The translations under genes and the position numbers were made by a program. A stretch of 60,273 nucleotides of DNA, counting the filler, from Basidiobolus ranarum (taxonomy: Eukaryota), in assembly GCA_040143965.1 (NCBI GenBank). It is 10 parts of 10 records of this genome, joined end to end, with 100 filler letters (N's around TTAATTAATTAA, not from the genome) between each part and the next. Parts side by side here need not be neighbours in the genome. Positions count along the whole stretch, not along the records: positions 12,103 to 18,047 come from JASJQH010001457.1; positions 18,148 to 24,088 come from JASJQH010001458.1; positions 24,189 to 30,128 come from JASJQH010001459.1; 7 more parts are not named here. One strand, written 5' to 3'. This document shows, one piece after another, positions 13,071 through 24,850 of the stretch (the stretch's first letter is position 1; the number at the start of each line of letters is the position of its first letter). Below the pieces are notes generated by a model, which did no database searches, was not told the DNA's origin, and saw nothing but the letters and a program-made list of their open reading frames with translations.

Positions 13071-14189
13071 ATATTTCATCAGATTAGAGTTTGATCCAGA
13101 ATTTGTGTATTTTAAGGGCTAGGGTTTGGGTTAGGTTTTTTGTAACTTTATTGGGTATTTTTTATACAAAGTGTACTTAAAGAAAATCAGGAGAAAGCAA
13201 AGTAAGGAATATGAGAAAACATGAAAATGTAAGTAGGGACAATTTGTAAGAAGCAAGATAAAAGGTACAGAGAGGGCAAAAGATGTTGAAAAAGAAAGTT
13301 GATAATTGATATAGCCTATCATATCAAGTAGGGTGGAATTATTTCAGGCATGATGGCAGAGGTTAAAGCACCCAGTCTCTGCTTAAGAGATCTTTATTTA
13401 TGAAAATCAAAGAGTGCATCTGTATATTCAAACCCAAAACACCTTTCTGCATGAGTAAAATCAAAGGAAAGATGATGTATTGGACATTTTGAGCCCAGAT
13501 AAAAAGTGCTCATTCTTCATTAGAAGGTATTGGTGGAAAAGAAGCCATCTTTGATCTGGAATAATACATCAGCACCACTATGTGGATGACAGATCTCTTT
13601 GATAATATGGGCTATCCAGTCATTCCTTACTGTAATTTTGGAGAGAATTTGTACTTTTCTCTGCAGCATTGCTAAACACAGTGTCAACTTGTCATCAGGA
13701 GAGCTGCTACCATTGGTGGCCAGATACTCAATTTTCCCTGCTATCATGGGTATTTTTTTCCTGATGAAGGAAGAAGCAGTAGCAACTACTTTTTAGGGTT
13801 AATTAAATGTATCACTCCAGGTCAATACTAAAATGTCTTGGACATCCTTGGACATTGAAGGATGGTGTATTGAAAGCCAGCAGTAATGCCTATGGAGCCA
13901 GTTATGCAATTTGTCAAAAATATTATCTTGAATGATAAAAATTAGGCAAATTTAGCTCAATGTATGTCATTCCCAAGCCCTCAGTTTGGTTATCAAGATA
14001 TATTGTGGGTAGCTTGATCTAAGCCAAAACTGGAACCCATCCCAATATCACTTTTGCAGTGGGAGTAGTCAGTCTGTTGAAATATACAGCAAATATTTCA
14101 TATTTAGCTAAGTCCAATAATAGATCTTGGGAGAATTTAATTTTGTACTTGTAATCAGTTATGTATTTAATAAATTCTGATTAATGCTA

Positions 14190-14230
14190 TTCAGGATGTT
14201 GAAATTTAGTAGAAATTTCAACATCCTGAA
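14190..14230. repeat. Perfect 18-bp inverted repeat with 5-nt loop
   Basis: TTCAGGATGTTGAAATTT-agtag-AAATTTCAACATCCTGAA. Confidence 0.9.
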
Positions 14231-14757
14231 GCCCCCAAGTTTTGTACTCAGTATCCTGACATGTTTCCCATCATGACCTGACTATTAGTTTATGGTGCTT
14301 CAGACAAAAGTATAAATATCAAAGTTCTGACTAATAAATCAACCAGTGAAAACCATACTTTCTTATCACAATCCATCTCTCTTCCATTCTCCATGAGAAT
14401 AGCTGGTGCTCATCTATGAGGTGATTTACTTGTCATATATTAGGACCAACAAGCTACATTTGTACTATTGTAGATAAGACATTTTCTGTACATTGAATAT
14501 TGAGGGAGGGGGATTTGAAACAGAAGTCACCTGACTGCTTATGAACTTTTAATTGTATCTGAAATAGAGCCCAAGTGTTTCGCAATGAACATTCCATGTA
14601 GATTCAAATTAAACAACACGTGTGACTTCTTTATTATGGAGTAGTAGAATTATGTTCAAGGATTTCATTGGGATTGTAGCCCCTTCAATCCATGATATTC
14701 TCACTATACATATTTTGCTTGTAATCATGCCACAAATATATGAGTAATGCGCCACTG

Positions 14758-16815
14758 TTAAAGTAGAGTACTTACATATTCTTGAACATCCTCAATAAGA
14801 TGTATTCCTCTCTTTTTAACGACGTAGATACTGGATTTACTAGGCTCGGAAGCGTCTTCTTCTTCGGGTGGGCCACACGTTTCTTGTACAAAGTATTGAT
14901 CGTGAGAGATTACGATCACTGAGCCTTCGAATGTTTGAAGTGCTTCGCCAAGTCCCTTGATAGACTCTAAATCCAGATGATTAGTGATTTCATCTAAGAG
15001 CAACAAGTGTGGATTGGTTAACATGGACACCGCTAACGCAACTCGGGATTTCTGTCCGCCAGATAACGTGGTTAGAGGTTGCAGAGGAACGTTCCCTGAC
15101 AGGCCAAAGTTCCCTATGAATCTTCTTGTCTCTTGCAAATCTTTAAGTTCTATGGAACCACTGATTTCAGCACTCTTTTTCTGGATGTAGGTAACAGCAG
15201 ATTCATCCGTTATATTGAGTAAATCTACGTGATGCTGAGAGAAGTATCCGATACGCAAGCTTGGGTTTCGTTCAATTGATCCCTTGGTCTGACGCAAAGT
15301 ACCACTAATAAGGTCTACCAGAGTGGATTTACCACTACCGTTTGCACCCACGAATCCAATACGTGCTCCAGGCTCGATACTTAAGGATATTGACTTCAAT
15401 ACATCCGTGGTTGAACCGGGATACCTGAAGGAGATATCTCGGAGCTGTAGCATTGGCCCTGTATTTCGTAAAATATCCGGCTGAGGAAGAGTAAATGTAA
15501 CAGGGGCTTCAGGTTTCTCAAGCTCCACCTGAACCCTCTGATCAAAGTGATATCCCGCATGGTAAGATATCTTGAAGCGCTTACCATCCTCCGTCTTATC
15601 ATAACCCATTCTTTCCAACTTCTTCTTCCTCGACGCAACCATGCCCAGTCGTTTATCATCACCACTAGCCTTTGCATGTTGAAGGCCTTTCTCTATGGAC
15701 TTTTGGATGTGCTTTTTCTTCTTCTCAATGTTATCGTGAAGGTGCTGTTTCTTCTTGGCTACATCTGCAGTATTCCTTTCAAAGTCATCATAATTGCCCG
15801 GGTGATACGTTAGGGTTTTTTTCTTGAAACAGATGATCTCATCCACAACCGAGTTCAAAAAATGACGATCATGTGATATAATTACAATGGTCTGATCTGT
15901 AATACTGGATAAATAGGACCTTAACCATACAATAGCTGGTAGATCTAAATGATTTGTAGGTTCATCTAGTAACAGCACTCTCGGTTTCATATACAACGCC
16001 TGAGCCAAAGCTACCCGCATACACCACCCACCGCTTAATTCACTGACAGGGGCGTCTTGCTGTTCTTGACTAAATCCAAGGCCTGTAAGGATATCGCGAA
16101 CTACTTCATCATCATCATCTTCCTCTAGTAAGGTCAATTTCTCGTAGAACTCTGAGAGCATATCGTAAATAACGGTGGTTTCTACTTGTGGCAGTTCTTC
16201 GGCAAGTTCCAACTTTTTAGTCACTTCAAGTGCCTTAGCCTCGGATTCGAGGGCTTTAGAACGAGCTTCTAGACCTCGTCTACCACTACGTTTTATGGCA
16301 GCTTGATTGTCCTCTTCCAGTTTTTCATGAGCTTGTTTAGCCATAACATTGTAGGCGGCCTTATTAAGAGCAGCAGGAGTGTTCAGTTCTAAGGCCTCTT
16401 CTAACTCGGAGATATTATCCATCACTTTACCACGTTGAACGTCCACACTTAACACCGTATCGACAACGGAGCGATCAAAAGATTGTTCCTTCGTATCCTG
16501 AAGTTGCTCTATGTACAAAGTACTGATATTCTTTGGAAAACCAATGAGTTTACCAAAACCGATACTCTTTAGTAAAGTAGATTTACCGATACCGTTACGT
16601 CCGATTAAACCGTAATGAGTACCAAACTTTAACAGTAATCGAGCGTCAGTGAGTAAATCGTTAGAGTTTACGGTAATGGTCACACCAGGAAGGTCAACAT
16701 CTTTCGACTGAGTTTCAATGGATTCGTTGTGGAAACGAGAGGCTTGGGAAATGGCAGAAACCGAGCTCCAAAACTCATCCTTATTGGCAGTCAAGGAAAT
16801 GGTTTCCTTGGTCAT
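14758..16815 (-). CDS. ABC-F family soluble ATPase (ABCF/GCN20-related), intronless, 685 aa
   Basis: Two nucleotide-binding domains: GRNGIGKST/LSGGW/LLLDEPTNHLD/ISHDR and GANGSGKST/LSGGQ/LLLDEITNHLD/ISHD. Coiled linker and no transmembrane segments. First ATG at 16815. Confidence 0.92.
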   Translation of the reverse strand: MTKETISLTANKDEFWSSVSAISQASRFHNESIETQSKDVDLPGVTITVNSNDLLTDARLLLKFGTHYGLIGRNGIGKSTLLKSIGFGKLIGFPKNISTLYIEQLQDTKEQSFDRSVVDTVLSVDVQRGKVMDNISELEEALELNTPAALNKAAYNVMAKQAHEKLEEDNQAAIKRSGRRGLEARSKALESEAKALEVTKKLELAEELPQVETTVIYDMLSEFYEKLTLLEEDDDDEVVRDILTGLGFSQEQQDAPVSELSGGWCMRVALAQALYMKPRVLLLDEPTNHLDLPAIVWLRSYLSSITDQTIVIISHDRHFLNSVVDEIICFKKKTLTYHPGNYDDFERNTADVAKKKQHLHDNIEKKKKHIQKSIEKGLQHAKASGDDKRLGMVASRKKKLERMGYDKTEDGKRFKISYHAGYHFDQRVQVELEKPEAPVTFTLPQPDILRNTGPMLQLRDISFRYPGSTTDVLKSISLSIEPGARIGFVGANGSGKSTLVDLISGTLRQTKGSIERNPSLRIGYFSQHHVDLLNITDESAVTYIQKKSAEISGSIELKDLQETRRFIGNFGLSGNVPLQPLTTLSGGQKSRVALAVSMLTNPHLLLLDEITNHLDLESIKGLGEALQTFEGSVIVISHDQYFVQETCGPPEEEDASEPSKSSIYVVKKRGIHLIEDVQEYVSTLL

Positions 16816-18047
16816 GAGAGGTTTTCTGTAATTAATTATCAATAGGTATTTTACCCAAAAAATGATTGTTTATGCCAGTTTATTCTCTCTCGTATATATA
16901 GACATACTATATCCCACCGAAATTCCGCAGTGTAAAGAACCTCCAATTTACCAATTGGCGCCACCGTATTCGTTCATTGGTTTCACTCTGATGGACTTTA
17001 GGTGATTCGAGCACCAACATAAAATGCTTTCAATCGGGATCTATGAAGCATCACATTTCCATATTCAGTAATCAATTAAAGACCACCAATTCATTAGAAG
17101 GTCTAGTATCTGAGCGAGGTAAGTTGGCCATCTTTGAGATTTCCGCAGAATTCTTATATTTAGCGATATGGAGTGGGTGGCTGTAGGGAAAAAATCCATG
17201 TTATTTGGTGAAAAAAGAAGTGGTCGAGTGGATAATATGGATAAACTCCATAATAGAATATGGCCGGAATTTTTCTCAGGATTTGCCGTGTGAATTGGAT
17301 ATTTTATCCGAGTTAGTAGCATCACAGTAATGTAATACGTAGATTTACAGATCTCAGTCATGGTGCTGCAACCACCAAATTCATTGGATACTCAAGGGAA
17401 ACTAAAGGTATAGGTACCAAGTCAAAGATAATTTAATTGAATACTCTAATAGTTTCTTCTTGGATATGCTCATTGAAAATTGAGGACCAAAAGATTCCAA
17501 AAAAAGTGGGTTAAAACTAACCCTAAGAATTCTACTTGAGCTCCCTTCCGATCCTAAGGAAGAATACCCAGACACAGGGGTGATCTGCATTTCTATCAAA
17601 GAAAATGTTTGGTCGGCTAACTCTTTGATTTAAAACAGTTGATATACATTTTTGAACGGGTGTTGCCGTATAGGATCAAAGTTATTGAGAACCTCATAAT
17701 CAAGAACTATCTGCTCCTTAGCCTGATGACACATAAGCAGCCTTTCTTTGTCTTCTATACAGCTTGTAGGACCGATTGACATATCAACACCTTTGTGTGC
17801 AACCATCCAGTACAGCATGGCCAACAGAGTGAGACAGGCCTAGGGAATATAGAAAAAGGTACTTGGATCATCGATCATTTCTTCTTGAGTTGAGGAGGGA
17901 ACCATTTTAATGAGCGCAACTGCTATAAGATAAAATTTAGGGGGGATGAAAAGCACCAGATGGTGTAGACTTTATTTAGCTTAAATACTAATCTAAACAA
18001 AGTGACAATCAAGACATCAATCTTTTGAGATATTGTGACAATACTGA

Positions 18048-18147
18048 NNNNNNNNNNNNNNNNNNNNNNNNNNNNNNNNNNNNNNNNNNNNTTAATTAAT
18101 TAANNNNNNNNNNNNNNNNNNNNNNNNNNNNNNNNNNNNNNNNNNNN
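18048..18147. other. Artificial contig linker
   Basis: N44-TTAATTAATTAA-N44. Confidence 0.98.
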
Positions 18148-18705
18148 CCTGATTGCCCTGATCGCGTCGTGCAAAAAGGGAGACCAATAGAGCTTCAGAT
18201 TGTCAAGACTAAGCATAAAGGGTGGGGGGTTCGAACCATGGAGCCAATCCCTAAGGGGACATTTGTGGAAGAGTATGTTGGTGAGATTATCACTAATGAG
18301 GAGGCGGAGAAGAGGGGGCAGGCATATGATGCTTGCGGGTTGACTTACCTATTCGATTTGGACTTTGAATCTGGAGCGGAATCAGATTGTGACTTCACCA
18401 TAGACGCTTATCGCTATGGAAACGTTTCTCATTTTTTCAACCATTCTTGTGAGCCCAATTTACGCGTGTATCCTGTCTTCGTTGATCACTGGAATTTGAA
18501 GTTACACCGACTGGCATTTTTTGCTATCAAAGACATCCCACGATTTACCGAGCTGACGTTCGACTATGCCGGAGTCTCTATCTTCTATGATGAGCTTGGC
18601 AACCCGTTCCCGTATATGCCACACATGGACCATGGTGATAAGAAGATTAACGAAGTCAAATGCTACTGCGGCGCAGCCAATTGCCGAGAATATGTTCACC
18701 TGTAA
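18148..18705 (+). CDS. Clr4/SUV39H/DIM-5-type H3K9 methyltransferase, SET plus post-SET; 5' end cut by contig edge
   Basis: End of pre-SET CPDRVVQKG, KGWGVR, EYVGEII, YLFDLD, GNVSHFFNHSCEPN, ELTFDY and post-SET CYCGAANCR. Confidence 0.9.
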   Translation, partial: PDCPDRVVQKGRPIELQIVKTKHKGWGVRTMEPIPKGTFVEEYVGEIITNEEAEKRGQAYDACGLTYLFDLDFESGAESDCDFTIDAYRYGNVSHFFNHSCEPNLRVYPVFVDHWNLKLHRLAFFAIKDIPRFTELTFDYAGVSIFYDELGNPFPYMPHMDHGDKKINEVKCYCGAANCREYVHL

Positions 18706-19543
18706 ATTTCTTAGATTCTTCTTAATGTTATTAATTCGCATGCTTTTGGTACCAAGCCTAGGTGTTTTTCACCACATCCTTATTCCCTTCTCCAGCTGTT
18801 ACATTTTCTATTGAAATACATCTTACGAGTATACACCTTCGTAGACAAGGGTACACTTTTCTTTACATCCGACATCCTTAATAAACCTGGCTTCCTGATT
18901 AATCAGAATGAGTGCTCTCTGCACTGATGCGGATAACTATAATGAAGAGAAGAAACTTTCATGACATAAAAGAGCATTTGAGACAATCATGCATATCATG
19001 ATCGAATCAACAACGATTTTGCAATTTTCTTTACACTGTTGACACGTCAGCTACAACACAACTAACATCAGTTGTATGCCATTTTCTCAATAGAGACATG
19101 TTGAAACTTGGATGAGTCTAGACTAAAATGCTAAATTAACACTTGTTACACTTCACAAGTTTTTCTTATCATTTTGTTCAAGAAGCTAGATGCAGCAACT
19201 CAATTGCTAGAGCTGAGCTTTCTTGTAAAGGTTCTGTAACACTTTTCTTATTTGTATGCAAGATTAGCTGTCCCACATACTCTAATATTTAACCACATTC
19301 TCTGATAGTTCTTAGGCCTGGAATTCACTAAATCATGTTATCCAAAATATGTACAACGCATTATTAGGCTCGGTAAAAAAGAGTTTAATATGTGTGTGAA
19401 AAGATCAAAGTTATTTTGACCTCTAAATCACCTAACAGACTATGTAACAATGTTGAATAAGCTATATCACCAAATACTCTGGGTTAAGAATTGTTACATT
19501 TGTTGACAAACATCTTTGCCACTTAAGACCGAACTTAAACAGA

Positions 19544-19778
19544 TCATGGGCGAGATCTGAACAAATTGGGCGCTTGTGGGGAGCGGAAGCGACGGAGGCT
19601 AGTATCAGTGGAGAGCTTCCATCCCATGAATCCAAGGCTGCCTAAGAAGAAAGAACGTTTAGATTTCTAATAGTAACGTTGTCTAGCACAACGTATACTT
19701 ACCGAAAAATCCAGCCCCAGCAATGGTTAATAAAACGACGAGTTCCACAGGTTTTCCGGAGGCGCGAACAGCAGACAT
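19544..19778 (-). CDS. Small single-TM protein, NDUFA4/MLRQ (B12D)-like, 57 aa; exons 19703..19778 and 19544..19641
   Basis: Spliced across GTAAGT...TTCTTAG it reads MSAVRASGKPVELVVLLTIAGAGFFGSLGFMGWKLSTDTSLRRFRSPQAPNLFRSRP*. The P-x-EL...TM...KLxTDxxLR pattern is typical of fungal B12D proteins. An alternative in-frame ATG lies at 19808. Confidence 0.7.
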
Positions 19779-20898
19779 GTTTAGAGATATTGATACACTC
19801 TTGCCCATTTTATACCTAGACCTACTATGAGAGGAACTGGGTTGTGGTGTAGGGGGTGCGTTTAATTAATGTGCCACCTGACCGAGTTTACGTTCTTTAG
19901 GTAAACATCGCTTTGAAGATCTATGCAACCATTGGTTACATGGTATATTACTGGAGATGTGAGTACGTAGTATTTGTCAACGGGATTGCTGATGCTGATG
20001 GTCAACTGTCCCTCCCCTGAACATATCTTCCCACCAATATGCTTGATGTGGGGTCAATGTTTGAGGGTTAAATTCTCGTAGATTATTGACAGGTGCGCTG
20101 AAGGCGCTTCTAAAACACATCCAGTTCTGCCAGCTTGGAGGGGTTGGGCTCAAGTGATTTGACCTCACAATATTAGCTCACATTGCAGCAATATTGGTCG
20201 TTTGATCTCCATTTTGGGTGTTTTTGTTCTCATCATTTTGTGCTTGTTTCATCTTCTCCAATATTCCAAGGTCATGCGACCATTGGGAACATCTGATACT
20301 CATTATAGACAAATTGTATTTTGATCAATTCATACTTCAATCAAATCGTACTGAGGGCTGTTTGATCTCACCTGACGTACGAATAGTGCTTCCTGTTCCA
20401 GCGATAGCATGAAAGAAACCTAGACACGCCACCCTTCAGCTTGCTTTCAAATACTATATTCGGCAGACCTACTAAGAGTTTAATCATACTTCATACAACG
20501 ACTGCGTCAGATTTCCACTTCATATTTTCTACAGAGCGATTGCTACTGCAGCGCAAGAGGAAGTTGATGGTTTAGCGCACATGTTTAACTTGTTTTAATA
20601 TTCATTATTTATGCGGCATGTAGCCTAGCTCAAGTAGTATAAACTGTCTTGTGAATCCATAGAAATCTAGTGACAAATTTGAACATGTTTTAAGTCTCTC
20701 CAAGACCTGGAGCACTAATGCTTATTGTATAATCCCACAAGAGATCATCCATGCTTGAAAAATCTTAATCCATTGAAATTTGTGTTTAATGTAACATTGA
20801 AATCAACCAGATGTACGTGTACATTCGCATATGAGTTTGTCTTGAGTGTTGTAGATCCACTTGATATCTACAAGGCCACTGCCTTCTAAAGTATGAAT

Positions 20899-21922
20899 TT
20901 ACATATCTTGCTCGCATAAAACAAGGTTTCTAGAAATCACAACCTGAATCAATTGCTTGCCAATTTTTAAATACCGAAAGTATATCCACTTACTTGACTA
21001 AAAGAGCCTCCACAGCCTCTTCATCAAATCGATCCCCAAGTTCCTCAGTAACTCGAATAAGGTTTGCCACAAGTGTCCCGTTTTTGTATGCCAATATGGC
21101 GGGTAGAGCTATGGGATCAAAGTCGGGATCAGCTTCGACTGAAGGAATCTTAAGGAATTTAGCGTGTACGTATCTAGCTGCTATCCGGTCAAGACACTCG
21201 TTCATACGTTTGCACTCCAGAAAACGCTATATGCAAGATCATGAACTTGGTTTTAATATATCCACAAAAGATCAATTCCAATAGTCTTACATTATCGTAG
21301 AGATGTATAACAACAGGAATATTGGAAGCTTCAGCGTCAATGGCTTCGATATACCCGTCAGAGCCAATTCTTTGGACAGTACCAAAGCGAGGTTTAGAGC
21401 TATATATATACGAGTTTGTTCGTTCATTATTTCTGGTATATTTCAAGTTCTAGTACGCATAATAAACATACCTTCTTGTGTGGATCTGACGAATTCGAGA
21501 TTCACGATAACTTTGAAAAAACTCGTCATCAGAGTCAATGTCAGATTCTTCGTCTTTTGTTGGTTCAGGTGCTTGAGAAGAGGCCCAGTTAAGTTTGTTC
21601 ATAAATTCCACCAATTTTTTTTCTTCTTTCTCTCCCTCTATCTTTCTGTGTTGACGATAATCTGCCATAACACCTTTTGGCCCTGTTTGAGGACCATTAT
21701 GCATGGCTTGCATCAGTTTAGAAGGTGCTTCTTCCTGATTATATTAGTTAGAAATTAATAACCTACTAGGTAAGACAACTTAGGCTAACATTTATAAGAT
21801 TAACTTACATCTACTTCAGCATCAGATTCTGCTTCGCTAACATCACTGTCGTCAGTGCGAACGGGCTCAGGATCATCTTGGACTCCGCTGTCAAAAACAA
21901 TACGATCTAACCCTTCAGCCAT
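20899..21922 (-). CDS. Phosducin-like protein (PhLP1 type), multi-exon
   Basis: QTGPKGVMADYR helix-1 motif and thioredoxin-like domain (VVIHLY, KFLKI, LPAILAYKNG, VEALL). Several GT-AG introns; the last exon reads NLVLCEQDM*. Confidence 0.88.
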
Positions 21923-23604
21923 AGTAACTCTTTAACCTGAACAATGAGGGTTGGGTAGTTTACTGGTGTCAGTATGAGAGCAAGTATGGAACGATACTTG
22001 GTGATTAAAATTGAAATTGATTTTGGTATATGAACCACTTGTGTCACTAATATTTAGGGCTAATATATACATAATGACATTGGAATTATGGGTGAGTGGA
22101 TCATGTAACAACATTATCTAATGGCACATTGGCCAGTTAAGATTATTTCCCCGTAAATGTTGCACAAGCCAATCAGTTTATCAATTAGGGGATTCGAATT
22201 GTTAGTCGCCTTAACTCCATCGTATATTTGGTAATTGTCAGGATGATCCTAGTACGGAAATGTACTGTCTAGCTGTGGCGAAGTATTGAGTCAAGAGCTT
22301 GGTTTGGATGAATGGGGGGAATGAGTATGCTTACAATCATGCTCAACTCTGAGTTTAAATGCTAACACTATTCTGTGGTGATAATGGTGGAGAATAGTTA
22401 TTTATGTGGAGATTGGGAATTTTGACTCTGTACATGGGAACATTGTAACCTCAATTTGGTTGGCAAAATCGAATGATGCTTATGATCATAGACTAATCAA
22501 GGCCAGTTCAGGCTTCCAAAAGGTTGACTATTTGTACTAATATTGTCCAGACATGTGAAAGGGATCTTCTAGTCAATAAAGTGTCTTTTCTCCAAAGGCA
22601 CTGCACTGAATTGGAACCACCATTTTATCAGGGTTAGCTTGTGCAAGTATGACCTCGTATTACTTTGATCAACAAGTAGGCAATATTAAATCTAATCAGT
22701 TTCCATTGCAGGGCAATGTTGGGTTGAATATACTCAAAACTCACGGAACAACAAAGCTCTACAACTGAACAGTGGAGATCTCGAGTCTAGAACAATCCTT
22801 ATCGTAGCACATCCAGATCAACTGGTGTACTATTGATAACTACTAGATTGCTTATTCTACATATCTGATATGGTATGCAATGATGCATGCACATTAAATA
22901 ATGTGTGGGTAGGTGAGGCATTTGTACTGAGTTTTGGATGATTTGATTCTTCAATTCTTTTCGATTTACTTTCATGAGTCTTGTTGACGATATGCATCTC
23001 CTCCTACACTTGTTCGATATTTAAATTCCTCAATGCTTTTGCTCATAGAATATAAGTAGCTAACCAGAGGTATAATTAAAACAACGGTCTTCCCACCAAA
23101 CCGAAAATACTTATGCTTACTGGATAGTTGTAGAGAGTCAGAAGCTCTCAACTTGCTGAAATCCCTCAAACATGGCATTGGATATGAAAGTAACATCCCT
23201 GGTGAATGTGACTTGAGTAGTTTCAAGAGTTTCATTGAGAATGGGCTATAATAACTGTCATGACATGTCACATGAGCTAGTTTTAACATCAAATAAATGG
23301 AGGTATTTGGTTTACAAGTTTTGAGCATAGAACTATTACAGGTGTACATTAACAATAGCTTGTACTGTATTCTGTGTTCTTTCAAGCCTCTTTAGTTGAA
23401 ACTATCTCTGCATTTACTGCATGATTTGACATGTTCAACCCATTGCTTAATCAAAACACAAATACATGTCTCTGACATTATGGAGGTGACTCTACTATGC
23501 TTTATGCTATTCCCTCAATTTGCACTATCTGTTAATGTTTAGGGATCTGGTCACAAGGACCAAATGACTGGTTTTCTGGAGACAACTTGTGAAACTCTCC
23601 TAGT

Positions 23605-23953
23605 TGTTAAAATTAACAAAACCTATACAACTATATAGTCATATATAGCCTAGTATTTAGTTGATCCATATTGAACAAAGATATTACCTACTACTCTTGG
23701 TTGGAATTTACTTACAATAATTTTACCAACTTAGAAGTTCTCAGATATGTAAGCTTTCAAAATGTGTGCTACAAGCACCAAACCTTGCAAACATGCTGCT
23801 GTGACCTTTCTCAACTCACTCTGCATGGTTGTTTGCCTATATCTTGACAGAACTATAAATGTCAACTTTTGACTCAATAAATCAATAGGTGAAAGCCTCT
23901 TATTCCTCTAGTTCTCCAAACCACTTCCAACTGGCTCTCAAAACACTTGAACA
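23605..23953. mobile_element. Solo LTR, same family as 3319..3666 (opposite orientation), older
   Basis: TGTTAAAATT...TTGAACA, 349 bp, aligns end to end with the reverse complement of 3319..3666. No clean TSD. Confidence 0.75.
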
Positions 23954-24088
23954 CCTTGTTCTTGACCAAATATGTGACTTATACAGCAAAGAAGTCAATC
24001 AGCTGTTTGTGATATTAAGAGTTTTCATGATTAGATAAAGTGGATAAATAGGGGTATGTTAAAGAATTGTCTTCTTAGAAGCATCTTG

Positions 24089-24188
24089 NNNNNNNNNNNN
24101 NNNNNNNNNNNNNNNNNNNNNNNNNNNNNNNNTTAATTAATTAANNNNNNNNNNNNNNNNNNNNNNNNNNNNNNNNNNNNNNNNNNNN
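24089..24188. other. Artificial contig linker
   Basis: N44-TTAATTAATTAA-N44. Confidence 0.98.
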
Positions 24189-24850
24189 CCTGCAATATAC
24201 GTGTGTCCATAGCTATTTTGAGAGTCGATATAGAACAAGTTCGACTAGATCGAGGTCAGTTACGCAATCTTTATCTTTATTGCAAAAAGTGTTGTGACGG
24301 TGATATGATAATGGAAATCATCAGTTATCACCAGTTATCTACTATTTCTATCACCAATTAGGAGGTTTCTCAGGTGCCATAAAACATGCAAAAGTCTGCG
24401 GAAATGGAAATAGCCGTGACTTTCGGATATTTATGGTATATTCATGTTATATTATTGTGCACATTGATCACCCATCAACTCTTACGCAATCGAGACTGCA
24501 TGAGCTAGTTGGGGTGACTATTCAATGGAATCTTTGATTCGTAAAAAGCAGTTTCGATTTCAGCTTTGAACCAATAGAATCACTGCAGTAAAGCTAGAAG
24601 CCTTGAAAGGTCCCAGTGAAAAAGGAGTATTTTGTTTGGTGAATTGAAAGTCACATTTAGCGATCGAGCCATACTCATATATCCATTGAAATATGTGACC
24701 GGTTATTAATACTCAAGTTATCATGCTACATCACGTGCCTCCGGGGTTGGACGTTTTTTTTTCTGTCGAAATTATGTTCTCTTTTTAATTGAAGTATTCA
24801 TTAGTGTCACTCTAGATAAACCACACATTTCATCATTCTCGTAAACATCG

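Noticed and set aside
13112-13140. Degenerate TTAGGG-like run
   Set aside because: It is too short and irregular to call an interstitial telomere.
14984-15813. Short antisense or alternate-frame ORFs over ABC-F (and similarly over NOT1, NMA111, SDR, GAPDH)
   Set aside because: These are shadow ORFs of real coding sequence with no independent motifs.
6052-18705. Apparent chromatin/RNA-silencing cluster (NOT1, KDM4-like, Clr4-like)
   Set aside because: The SET gene is on a different contig. Only NOT1 and the JmjC gene are truly adjacent, which is unremarkable.
19098-19449. Possible additional solo LTR (TGTTG...TAACA, about 350 bp, CpG-poor)
   Set aside because: There is no TSD and no second copy in the window.
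22972-23385. ORF containing GKTVVLIIPLVS, reminiscent of RecQ helicase motif Ia
   Set aside because: No Walker A or DExH motif was recoverable nearby. It may be a decayed repeat but cannot be supported.
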